From: an uncultured virus (IMG/VR IMGVR_UViG_3300005617_000382)
Lineage: Duplodnaviria; Heunggongvirae; Uroviricota; Caudoviricetes
DNA length: 64,000 nucleotides
Direction: 5' to 3' (one strand)
IMG/VR virus record: IMGVR_UViG_3300005617_000382
Within the stretch, counting starts at the first letter, position 1. Each line of letters begins with the position of its first letter. The position numbers were made by a program, and so were the translations under genes. The notes under the pieces are model-generated. The model worked only from the letters and a program-made list of their open reading frames with translations. It was not told the origin of the DNA and made no database searches. Shown here piece by piece: positions 45,847-54,808 of this stretch.

Positions 45847-46809
45847 ATGCTCAACGTCTCCCTCCTCGCCGCGCCGCCCGTAGCAGCGCTCGCCATTTAC
45901 GATTCTCTCGTCGCACTCGGCCTCGGCACCATCGGTGCCTGGACCGACTGCGCTCGGCGGCTCGACCTCGCTGCAGCCGAGGCGAAGCACGCTGCTCAGG
46001 CCAGGAAGATGCGCGCTCGCGCGGATGACTGCCGGGCCAGGGCAAGGCGGATGGTTGTGGTGGAGGTGGTGCTGTGATCCCGACGGCGGAGCAAATCCTC
46101 GCTGCAGCAAACGGTGACCGTGAGTTCGAAGACGCCATCGAGCGTGCTGTTCGGATTCAGAACGCTGGCGAGGACGCCGGACTGACCGAGTCGTCCATCG
46201 CCGCTCTGATCACGGCAGACCGGCTTCGCATCGAACTGCAGGGTATCCGCGAGGATCTCCAGGACCTGCGTCAGGCGGTGCGGTCGTGACCTCGTCGGTG
46301 ACTCGCGACGAGGCCCTCGTCGATCTGTACCGCGACGTGCTGAAGATGAAGCAGGATGATCGCGCTCCGGTGTCTCCGGCCGGAACGCCCGGCACCGGCC
46401 GTAGCTGCAAGCCGAACCGCTTAGTGCCGTCGAAGCGCATCAAGGCGCTGCATCGGTCACGCGGTGACGGCGTCTCGCTCAAGGCGTTCGCGCGCTCGAT
46501 CGTTCACAACCTGAACTCGCATTCCGCGGACGACAAGATCGCAGCGGTGCGCTGGCTTTCGACGAAGGGAGCACGGCCGTGACTACCCGCCAGCTGACTG
46601 CAGCACAGGAAGGCGCGATCGATCCGGTCCTACATCTCGAGAGCAAGCCGGGTCGGTCGTACTGCGGTCGCAACCTGCCGACTGCCGGATTCTTCACCGA
46701 CAACGAGGCGATGTTCGAGGAGCGCGAGGGATCCCGCTGCAAGGTGTGCTGGCGAGTCCTGCAGTGCAGGGCCGAAGCCAAGGCGGCGGTGGCCGCGGCG
46801 TTGTCCTGA
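45847..46809 (+). CDS. Four small coupled early ORFs (45847-46077, 46074-46289, 46286-46582, 46579-46809)
   Basis: GTGA-type start/stop overlaps; no motif recognised. Confidence 0.45.
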
Positions 46810-46883
46810 GCCGTTCCCGGAGCGCTCTCGCAGAGCGTTGCGACAACGGCTCAGGGCAACGACCTAAGGGGAGGTCAAAGACA

Positions 46884-47150
46884 ATGGAAAAACTTCAAGC
46901 ACTGCTCACTGCGTTTGCCGACCTCGGCGCCACCAGCGCGACGCTTGGCACCAACTACGTTCACGTGGCCGTCAGGTCGGACGACGCGCTCAAGCTGATT
47001 GCGCGCCAGCTCGCTGTCACGCCGGAGTCTCGGGCGGACGGCAACGAGCACTGGTTGTCGATCACGGCACGCCACGACGGGACCTCTCTGTACGTCACGG
47101 GTCCGATGCGCGCGATGCCTGCCGCAGCCCTCAGGCCGGAGGGCGCCTAA
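46884..47150 (+). CDS. Hypothetical protein
   Basis: RBS GGAGG upstream. Confidence 0.5.
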   Translation: MEKLQALLTAFADLGATSATLGTNYVHVAVRSDDALKLIARQLAVTPESRADGNEHWLSITARHDGTSLYVTGPMRAMPAAALRPEGA

Positions 47151-47152
47151 CC

Positions 47153-47851
47153 ATGACCTCCATCATCAAACTCCACCCAGACGATGAGCCTCGCACTGTC
47201 ACCGCGGGCTACTACTTCCCGCCGGCTCGCCCGACCACCGTTCCTCCGGCTCATCTCTGCGAACGTGAGGATCTGCAGGACGTAGCTGCCGGCGCGGCCC
47301 AGCACCACGATCAGCTCTGGGCCCTGCTCGGATCCAGCGAGCACGTCAAGGCAATCTGCCGCGACTACGCCGAGAGCGAGTATCGGCACGCACGTGAGCT
47401 GCTCACGCTGCAGAGGCAGCTCGCTGCAGCGCAGGGCGTGTGCTTCGCGCTGCAGGCGAAGCTCGAAGCGAACCGCAACGCATCCCGCGTGCTCGTGGCG
47501 CAGCGCGACCGGATGGCACTGGATGCCGGGTCTCAGCGCGCCGAGAACGCATCGCTCCGCCGCGAGCTCACTGCCGCGCTCACCCCGCGGCTAACCGCAT
47601 CGTTCGAGCGGCTCACGCTAACGGTCACCGGTGAGAGCTACGCCGTCGTGGCGCACCGGCTGACCGCGGCCGTGTATGCGGTGGATGAGAAGTTCGATCA
47701 GAGCGAGGCCATCGACGTTCCGCAGGTGGACGGCAAGCCGCTGGTCGAAATGCCGGACGTTCACAGCGAGCCGACACAGAGCGGTCCGGTGGTTGATCCG
47801 GATCAGACACTCGACATGGAACCAGAGGAAGAAGAGGGAGGTGAAGGGTGA
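47153..47851 (+). CDS. Hypothetical coiled-coil protein
   Basis: 232 aa with an acidic tail. Confidence 0.5.
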   Translation: MTSIIKLHPDDEPRTVTAGYYFPPARPTTVPPAHLCEREDLQDVAAGAAQHHDQLWALLGSSEHVKAICRDYAESEYRHARELLTLQRQLAAAQGVCFALQAKLEANRNASRVLVAQRDRMALDAGSQRAENASLRRELTAALTPRLTASFERLTLTVTGESYAVVAHRLTAAVYAVDEKFDQSEAIDVPQVDGKPLVEMPDVHSEPTQSGPVVDPDQTLDMEPEEEEGGEG

Positions 47852-48050
47852 GCGAGACTGCTACCACCCTCCCCCTCTCCGACCACGAGATCGCCATCGC
47901 GTTCGCCCAGTTCCCGGAGACCTGGTCGCTCGTCCGCGCCTGCCGAGAGCTGGTCGTGCTGCGCCAGCTGCGCGGCGTGGTGCAGGAGATGCTGGCTGAC
48001 AGGCGGATGGATCTTGGTGACTACAAGCAGAGACTCGAGGAGTTGGTGAG

Positions 48051-48299
48051 ATGAAGAAGCGATACAGCAAGAAGGTGCGCGAAGAAGCGGCGCTGATCTG
48101 CGCAATCGCGGCGAGCGGTGGCTGGAAGTCGATGGAGTGGTCCTACGGATCGGCCGCCAGCGCCCTCGGCATACGAAGCGAGACCGCTATCTCACTCGCA
48201 TGGAACGCGTGGATGACGCTTAGCGATTCGTACGGACAGACTGACCGAGAACGTGACGCCGAAGCCGAAGCCCTCATCCGCACCGGATGGTCGCCATGA
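48051..48299 (+). CDS. Hypothetical protein, paralog of 34346-34588
   Basis: MKKRYSK...EA...AEAE...GWSP. Confidence 0.5.
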   Translation: MKKRYSKKVREEAALICAIAASGGWKSMEWSYGSAASALGIRSETAISLAWNAWMTLSDSYGQTDRERDAEAEALIRTGWSP

Positions 48300-48493
48300 C
48301 CACGATGATCTTCCTCTCCGGCTGGCTCTGCGGCGCCCTGACGATCGCCGTCATCCGCTACGCAATCGGTCCGCTCCACGAGCACCGGGCCAGATTGCTC
48401 GATTTCCCGCATCGGCCGTGGTCCGCCGGCAGTGTTCTGCCGTCCCCCTGTTCTGCGGCCGATGCGGGGCCATCAACCAGGAGGACAGTGTGA
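48296..48493 (+). CDS. Small protein with N-terminal hydrophobic helix
   Basis: Coupled to the first RiPP-like gene (GTGA). Confidence 0.4.
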   Translation: MTTMIFLSGWLCGALTIAVIRYAIGPLHEHRARLLDFPHRPWSAGSVLPSPCSAADAGPSTRRTV

Positions 48494-48642
48494 GGAGAAA
48501 ACTGAAACTGGATAGCCAGATGATTCGCCATCTTCGGACTCTGGATCTCCGCGATGTCGTCGGCGGAGTCGTCATCGACACCTGGACGAACCCGATCCCG
48601 GACTCGTTCAAGCCGTGTTGGCCGGATACGCCACCGCGCTGA
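48490..48642 (+). CDS. RiPP precursor-like peptide 1 (double-Gly leader)
   Basis: MRRKLKLDSQMIRHLRTLDLRDVVGG|VVIDTWTNPIPDSFKPCWPDTPPR; RBS AGGAGG. Confidence 0.7.
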   Translation: MRRKLKLDSQMIRHLRTLDLRDVVGGVVIDTWTNPIPDSFKPCWPDTPPR

Positions 48643-48649
48643 GAGCACC

Positions 48650-48808
48650 ATGAAGCGAACCAACAACAAGCGAATCACCCTCGCACGCGAGACGGTCAGA
48701 GTCGTCGCCGGGCTGGAGCTCGTCGTCGGCGGGGGGCAGACCGATGTCGATACGAGGCCCGAGAAGTCGACATGCTGGCCGCCACCCGTGAAGGGTGGTG
48801 AAGGATGA
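48650..48808 (+). CDS. RiPP precursor-like peptide 2
   Basis: MKRTNNKRITLARETVRVVAGLELVVGG|GQTDVDTRPEKSTCWPPPVKGGEG. Confidence 0.7.
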   Translation: MKRTNNKRITLARETVRVVAGLELVVGGGQTDVDTRPEKSTCWPPPVKGGEG

Positions 48809-48999
48809 AGAGGCTCAAGCTCAGACGGGAGACCGTCCGCTTGCTCAAGGATGTCAGCCTACATCTGGCACAAGGGGGGCTCCCCGGAACCGGAAGCCCC
48901 ACGCTCTGCCACTGCACTGAAGACCCCTGCCTCCCCGGTGGGACGTTCTCCTGCGCAACGTGCCAGGCGAATAGCAACTGCGGCTGCACCTACGACTAG
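48805..48999 (+). CDS. RiPP (lanthipeptide-like) precursor 3
   Basis: MKRLKLRRETVRLLKDVSLHLAQGG|LPGTGSPTLCHCTEDPCLPGGTFSCATCQANSNCGCTYD (7 Cys, 9 Ser/Thr in core). Confidence 0.8.
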   Translation: MKRLKLRRETVRLLKDVSLHLAQGGLPGTGSPTLCHCTEDPCLPGGTFSCATCQANSNCGCTYD

Positions 49000-49037
49000 C
49001 GCGGAAAGCGATCTTTACCGCCACGTTCTGAGGACAA

Positions 49038-49238
49038 ATGAAGCGAACCAACAGGCGACTCACCATCTCACGAGAGACGATTCGCGGTTTGACCGACCTG
49101 ACAGTCGTGCATGGCGGACTCGGGGATAGCGACAATCAGATCTGCTCCGAGGCCGGCGCCTGCACGCAGGGCTGCAGAACCCAGGGTCAAGGCACGACCT
49201 GCCCGCGATTCACTTGCCTGAATACCTGCACGGGCTGA
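49038..49238 (+). CDS. RiPP (lanthipeptide-like) precursor 4
   Basis: MKRTNRRLTISRETIRGLTDLTVVHGG|LGDSDNQICSEAGACTQGCRTQGQGTTCPRFTCLNTCTG (6 Cys, 9 Ser/Thr in core). Confidence 0.8.
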   Translation: MKRTNRRLTISRETIRGLTDLTVVHGGLGDSDNQICSEAGACTQGCRTQGQGTTCPRFTCLNTCTG

Positions 49239-49318
49239 GCACTCCGCGAACAGCAGTAGGCCTCGCCGTCGGGCTGGCGACCCAGATGTGCACCGAGAGC
49301 TACCCGGAAAACAAAACC

Positions 49319-49621
49319 ATGGCAAAGACCGAACACAGAGTCAGCGTCGACAGCGGCAAGTACACGTTCGTGGTACCCGCCGACGACTACCGCGTGAGCA
49401 TCTTGCGCTACGGAGAGCCGTGGCACGGCCCCCAGGGCGAGGCGTCGAAGGCATTGCACGCGATCATGTGCGAGCTCGACGCGGCGCGAGTGGTGCTCGC
49501 GGAAGTACGCGCGCTCACGGCGAGCTGGCGAGCTGGCGCGCAAGCTCGCCTCGAAGACGCGCTCCGCAAGCATGACGCCCTCGTCTCCGACAACACGCCC
49601 CCCAGCGAGTGGACTCGCTGA
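49319..49621 (+). CDS. Hypothetical protein
   Basis: 'DSGKYTF......SILRYGEPW' recurrent phage motif. Confidence 0.5.
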   Translation: MAKTEHRVSVDSGKYTFVVPADDYRVSILRYGEPWHGPQGEASKALHAIMCELDAARVVLAEVRALTASWRAGAQARLEDALRKHDALVSDNTPPSEWTR

Positions 49622-49623
49622 GC

Positions 49624-50781
49624 ATGGCCACTCAGCTCTACACCTCATCGCGACTTCGCGTCATGCGCTCTTGCCTGCGCCTGCATTTCTATCGCTACGT
49701 GCTCGGCATCATGACTCCGCCGAACGACACAATGCGGTTCGGTACGGTCGGTCACTCGGCGCTCGAGGCGTATTTCAAGGCGTGGATAGCATACAACACC
49801 GAGGCTGCGCTGTGGGCACGTGCTCGGACCGAGCAGACCGACGGAGGGCGGCCGCCCGATCCACGACTTCCAGCCGCGCTCTCAGTCGTCGACCAGTCTG
49901 GCCTCTCCCCATGGGATCGCATCAAGCTGTCCATGCTCGTCCGCGCCTACGATGCGCGCTGGGGTGGCGAGGACTGGGAAGTCATCGCCGTCGAGCAGGA
50001 GTTCCGATACTTCCTCGGCGAGGTAGAGATCGGTGGAAAGATCGACGTCATCATCCGCGATCGCAAGGATGACCGCGTCTACGTCGTGGAGCACAAGACG
50101 ACCGGTGTGGATGCCAGCCTGGGGGGCGCGTACTGGGAAAAGCTGACCATCGACACCCAGGTTTCGATCTACATCGACGGCGCTGGCATGCTCGGCTACG
50201 ACGTCGCCGGCTGCATCTACGATGTGCTCGTCCGCCCCAAGCATGAGCCCAAGCTGGCTACTCCTCTCGACAAGCGCGAGTACACAAAGGGTAAGGGGTG
50301 CAAGGGGTGCGGCGGCTCAGGCGGCGGAAAGGCTGGCATCGTCCAGGGGCGCGGCTATTACATCGTAAACTTCACGAGCGTTGAGCAGATACCGTGCACT
50401 GGATGCGACGGCACAGGCTGGCTCAAAGACGCCGCTGGCGTACCTCAGGCGCCGCGGCTCCACGCGAACCAGCGCGACTCCGATGAGACGTCCGAGGCGT
50501 TCGAGGAGCGGTTGGTCGAAGCGATCGCGGATGCGCCCGACGCGTTTCTTCTGCGCGGTGTGGTCGTACGGCTCGAGCACGAGTTGCCCGGGATGCGCCA
50601 GGACCTGCTCGATCAGATCGCTGTCGAGCAAACCGGCCTGACTCCGCGGAACCCTGACAGCTGTTCGCGCTACGGCGTGCTGTGCCCGATGTTCGATGTG
50701 TGCGCCGGCCGCGCCAGCATCGACGACCTGGAACGCTTCCCCCGCGGTCGAGTTCATCCCGAGCTCGATGTTGCGGCCTGA
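49624..50781 (+). CDS. PD-(D/E)XK exonuclease (RecB/Cas4-like)
   Basis: 'SCLRL..YRY', 'FGTVGH..LE', 'VEQEF', 'GKIDVI...VVEHKT', 'Q...Y', C-terminal C...CP..DVC. Confidence 0.85.
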   Translation: MATQLYTSSRLRVMRSCLRLHFYRYVLGIMTPPNDTMRFGTVGHSALEAYFKAWIAYNTEAALWARARTEQTDGGRPPDPRLPAALSVVDQSGLSPWDRIKLSMLVRAYDARWGGEDWEVIAVEQEFRYFLGEVEIGGKIDVIIRDRKDDRVYVVEHKTTGVDASLGGAYWEKLTIDTQVSIYIDGAGMLGYDVAGCIYDVLVRPKHEPKLATPLDKREYTKGKGCKGCGGSGGGKAGIVQGRGYYIVNFTSVEQIPCTGCDGTGWLKDAAGVPQAPRLHANQRDSDETSEAFEERLVEAIADAPDAFLLRGVVVRLEHELPGMRQDLLDQIAVEQTGLTPRNPDSCSRYGVLCPMFDVCAGRASIDDLERFPRGRVHPELDVAA

Positions 50782-50810
50782 CACCTGACGAGCGAAAGAG
50801 GCTCACGACA

Positions 50811-51962
50811 ATGGCAACACCGACACCAACTCCAGTACCCAAGCCAGCCGACAACGGCGTTGCTCCGGCTCCGGCCCAAGCCGTTCGCCCGGCGCCCGCC
50901 GCGCCACGACCAGTCTCCGCGCTTCCAACGCGCCCACCAGCTGCGCCGGTCAAGCCGAAGTCCCGGCTCGGCCAGGTCCAGCGCGGCATTCAGCGCGTTC
51001 CGCTGCGCCACCTGTTCTACGGGCCGCGCGGCGTCGGCAAGACGTCACTCGGCGCCGACGCCCCCAACCCGCTGTTCATCGACGTCGAAGGCGGATCGCT
51101 GACGTTCAACGCCACGCGATACACGTTCCGCGACGAGCCCGGCGGACACGTGCCGAGAACCTACGAGGAATTCCTCACCGCGATCGACGACCTGATCGCG
51201 AATCCAGGGCACGGGTACTTGTCGCTGGTAATCGACACCATGGATGCGCTCGAGACCTTGATCCATGAGTACATCTGCCGCCGAGACGGCAAGGCGAACA
51301 TCGAGGCCTACGGATACGGCAAGGGCTACAAGATTCCGCTCGTCGAGATTCGCGTCCTGCTCGAGCGTTTCGACCGCATCATCCATTCGGGGGTTGCAAT
51401 CATCATCCTGGCCCACTCCGACGAGAAGACGTACAAGAACCCGCGAGGCCCCGATTACGATCGATTCAAGGCGCAGCTCAACGAGATCGCCTGGGGGAAG
51501 TTCGCGGCGTGGTGCGACGTCTGCGGTTTCATCAACTTCGAAGGCGGCGGCGCCGCGCTCAAGGGCGACGAATCTCAGGCCAAGCGCGCACGGGGTTGGT
51601 CCACAGGCCGGAGGATGATCCAGCTGACGCCGGACGCTGCCGCGCCTGATGTGAAGTGCCGGCTGGCGCTGCCGACCGAGCTTGAGCTCGGCGAAGCGCA
51701 CCCGTGGGCTCCGTTCGCCAGTGCGAAGCTCAAGGCCGAGGAAGCCACCGTCGAGACGCTCACCGTCGACATTCTTGCCGAGGTCGACCGCATCACCGGT
51801 GGTGACCACGCCGTCGAGTTCACCACCGATGCCGGAACGAAGACATCACACGCCGCGATCCTCGATCTCGCCACCAACAGTGACGCGAGCGTGCTCTCGC
51901 GTGTGCTCGCCGGCCTGAAGGCCACCGCTCCAATCGTCGCAACCCAGGAGACCACGCCATGA
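50811..51962 (+). CDS. AAA_24 / Sak4-like ATPase (ssDNA annealing)
   Basis: 'FYGPRGVGKTS', 'FIDVEGG', 'LVIDTMD.LE', 'IE.YGYGKGY', 'ILAH', 'WCD..GF'. Confidence 0.85.
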   Translation: MATPTPTPVPKPADNGVAPAPAQAVRPAPAAPRPVSALPTRPPAAPVKPKSRLGQVQRGIQRVPLRHLFYGPRGVGKTSLGADAPNPLFIDVEGGSLTFNATRYTFRDEPGGHVPRTYEEFLTAIDDLIANPGHGYLSLVIDTMDALETLIHEYICRRDGKANIEAYGYGKGYKIPLVEIRVLLERFDRIIHSGVAIIILAHSDEKTYKNPRGPDYDRFKAQLNEIAWGKFAAWCDVCGFINFEGGGAALKGDESQAKRARGWSTGRRMIQLTPDAAAPDVKCRLALPTELELGEAHPWAPFASAKLKAEEATVETLTVDILAEVDRITGGDHAVEFTTDAGTKTSHAAILDLATNSDASVLSRVLAGLKATAPIVATQETTP

Positions 51963-52531
51963 CGCTACCGATGCAGAAGGCCACCTATCGCGCGCTCGCC
52001 ACCTCGGCGCCAATTAAGTTCGGAAAGTCCAAGAACGGCAACGTTCAGATCGCCGTCGAGTTCGAAATCCTCGACAAGAACGAAGCGGACGAGGACGTGT
52101 CGACCGGTGAGTACATCACTTGGATCGGTCACTTCACCGACAAAACGGCGAACCGCACGATCGAGTCGCTGCAACACGCGGGCTGGCAAGGTGATGATCC
52201 GTCTGACCTGAATGGCGTCTCAGCGTCATCCGAACTGCTGACTCCGGTCGAGCTGGTGTGCGAGCCCGAGGAGTGGGAGGGCGCACTGACACTCAAGGTG
52301 CAGTGGGTGAACAAGCCGGGCGCGGGCCGGTTCGCGTTCAAGGAGCCCATTAGCGACAACGAGCTCAAGGCGTTCGGTGCCCAGCTGCGCGCAAACGTGA
52401 AGGCTGTGCGTGCGGCCGGAGGTGATCCGCGCGCGCCACGGCAGCAGAGTGCGACGTCAAGGTCGAGCGGCAGCAGCGGAGCGCCTCGACATCCGAACGC
52501 GCCTGGCGCCGACGACGATATTCCGTTCTGA
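51959..52531 (+). CDS. Single-stranded DNA-binding protein-like
   Basis: OB-like body, disordered tail ending DDDIPF; follows the Sak4-like gene. Confidence 0.75.
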   Translation: MTLPMQKATYRALATSAPIKFGKSKNGNVQIAVEFEILDKNEADEDVSTGEYITWIGHFTDKTANRTIESLQHAGWQGDDPSDLNGVSASSELLTPVELVCEPEEWEGALTLKVQWVNKPGAGRFAFKEPISDNELKAFGAQLRANVKAVRAAGGDPRAPRQQSATSRSSGSSGAPRHPNAPGADDDIPF

Positions 52532-52543
52532 CCCAGGAGCGCC

Positions 52544-53101
52544 ATGTCAATCACTATCAACACCAACGCCCTCGCCGCTGTCGCCAAGTGGGCGCTTCCG
52601 ACGTTGGACCGTCCGCACCTCCACATGGTGCTGTTCACCAATGGCGAGTACGTCGCCTGTGACGGCCATCGGCTGGTTCGGGTGCCATGCGCATACGATG
52701 GCGAGCCGTTCGGCGTGGACCGATCGTATCTGCTCGCGACAGCGGCGGCACAGCAGGCATTGCCGAACCACGACGATGATCTGGCGATCGAGTGCAAAGA
52801 CGGTTGCATCTACCTGACGATCGCCAACGGCGTGAAGTTCGCTGTACCGGCACGCGATCCGACCGTGTATCCGCCGTACGAGCAGGTGATGCCGAAGCCT
52901 GGCACGCCAGATCAGCCCAGACCGAACGGCTACGGATTCAATCCCCGATATCTCGCCGAGATGGATGCGATCAACTCGGCGATCTCCGAAGGCGACAATA
53001 ACTACGTGAAGCTTGTGGCGTGGAATTCGGACCGTCTCGGTGCTGTGCTGTTCGAGGGCGCCGGTGGAGTTCGGTTCGTCATCATGCCGGCGAGGATATA
53101 G
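52544..53101 (+). CDS. Beta sliding-clamp-like protein (half length)
   Basis: 'VACDGHRL', 'YPPYEQVMP', 'GFNPRYL', 'FVIMPAR'. Confidence 0.7.
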   Translation: MSITINTNALAAVAKWALPTLDRPHLHMVLFTNGEYVACDGHRLVRVPCAYDGEPFGVDRSYLLATAAAQQALPNHDDDLAIECKDGCIYLTIANGVKFAVPARDPTVYPPYEQVMPKPGTPDQPRPNGYGFNPRYLAEMDAINSAISEGDNNYVKLVAWNSDRLGAVLFEGAGGVRFVIMPARI

Positions 53102-53273
53102 CGATGCTGACCGGACACGCTGCCCGACTCGCCGGTGCCGTACGCCGTAACTTCGAGCTTCTGCGAGAGCTCGAGAAAACCGAGCCGGCTGCCGTCGATG
53201 CGATCGTGGCGATGATGGCGGCACACCTCCGCAGCTGGAAGCCATTGGCGTTGATCGCTGCGCAGGTGACGCC

Positions 53274-53570
53274 GTGAGCGGTCGTCTCGTCTCCTACACC
53301 TGCCGCAAGCACGGCGACTTCTCGGTCAAGGTGCGCTGTGGCTACGGTTATGGACCGGCGCCGAAGCAGCAAGAGTGCCCCGTACCGGAGTGCTTCCGGC
53401 TGGGCGACCGGAGACACGATGCCGAGGCACGCCAGCGCCGCGACACCGTCCGGTCGATCGCGGTTCCGACGCCGGTGTACGACCGTCTCAAACAGCACTG
53501 CGACGCACATGGAATCTCCATGGCTCAATGGATCGACGCGCACACAACGGACATCGGAGGTGGCGAGTGA
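53274..53570 (+). CDS. Zinc ribbon + RHH-like protein
   Basis: YTCRKHG...CPVPEC; 'RSIAVP..VYDRLK..C..HGISMAQWI'. Confidence 0.5.
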   Translation: MSGRLVSYTCRKHGDFSVKVRCGYGYGPAPKQQECPVPECFRLGDRRHDAEARQRRDTVRSIAVPTPVYDRLKQHCDAHGISMAQWIDAHTTDIGGGE

Positions 53571-54476
53571 TGAAGGACCTCGACGAGGACGAACTAGCAG
53601 AGTGTACCGACCCAGGCGACGGAAGCTGCGAGCATCTAATCACGGCAAGGATGGCTGCGGAGATCAGGAGGCGCCGCGACGCCTTCACCCCGGATGCTGT
53701 AATCGCCGTCATCGACTACGTGCTCGATGAGAGCGGCCTGGGGCCGAAGTCGAGAGCGTCGGTTCGTGCGTTCGCACTGCAGATGCTGGCGAGGAGCACG
53801 CCATGGCCGACTTGACCGACTACGACCTGGAGCACTCGATCGTCGATCTCGGCGGGATCGATGTCGTCAACGCATCCAACGCCGAGTGGTGCCGCGTGCT
53901 CGCCGAGCTGTACCGGCGCCGTGCCGCGGTCAAGGCGTTCGCCGATACCGTCGATGCGGCCGTCCGCGCCAACGCTCGGCGCGGTCAGGGCGGTCAACAG
54001 GTTTCGTTCCACGGCGACTTCTGCGCGGCGACACCGGGCGTGCTTAACCGACTCGAGTGGTGGGCGCGACACCTGAAGGGAGAATGAAGATGGCGGATTT
54101 GACGGATGAGGAACTGGCGGAGCACCTGGCGTGCTGGACACCGGGATCAATTCTGCATCGACTATGCACCGAAGTGACGCGTCATCGCTCCGCCCGTGCC
54201 ACCGACGAGGAGCGGGTGCGGAGCGTGGTGCGCGAGGCAGTGATGGACGTATGTGAGCACTGGCGATACGAAGGCAAGGCCGTCGAGACCGCCGCAACGC
54301 TCATCGCCACCCGCGCCGCGAAGCAGCTGGCCGTGGCGGTGGTGAGGCTGGATCTGACCGAAGGCGAACTACAAGTCATACAATGGTTGATCGATGATGC
54401 GCCCGCAACTCATCGAGGCGATCTGATCCGGCGAGTCTGCCGAAGGGTTCTCCTCGCCACCCGGAGCGCCCCATGA
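53570..54476 (+). CDS. Three tandem small ORFs with related N-termini (53570-53815, 53803-54087, 54084-54476)
   Basis: MKDLDEDEL / MADLTDYDL / MADLTDEEL. Confidence 0.5.
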
Positions 54477-54808
54477 TCATCACCCTCGCCACCATCCGCG
54501 GACCGGTCAGCGTCGACGCCACAGTCACCGGTGAGTGGGCCAGCCATCGCGATCCATTCGACACTGGCATCGCCGGTCCGCACGAGCGCTGGACGGTGAC
54601 CCACGTCCCGACCGGTCTTCGTATTCCGCGTCTTCTGACCAGCAAGAGAGCTCGCGACCTGGCTGAGCGACTGTCGAAGGAGGTGCCGACGCTGGGTGTC
54701 CCGGCAACGATAGTACCGACCAGGCAGGTCAGGGTCGACGACCTCGGACCGGGATACGCAGCAGTCCTCGCGCGTCTGACCGGAATCGTCGACGAGGTGT
54801 GCACATGA
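54473..54808 (+). CDS. Hypothetical protein
   Basis: 'WTVTHVPTG' recurrent phage motif. Confidence 0.5.
   Translation: MIITLATIRGPVSVDATVTGEWASHRDPFDTGIAGPHERWTVTHVPTGLRIPRLLTSKRARDLAERLSKEVPTLGVPATIVPTRQVRVDDLGPGYAAVLARLTGIVDEVCT

Noticed and set aside
46746..49621. RiPP-modifying enzyme or transporter next to the precursor array
   Set aside because: Flanking ORFs are short and lack LanC/LanM, YcaO, radical SAM CxxxCxxC or C39/ABC motifs.
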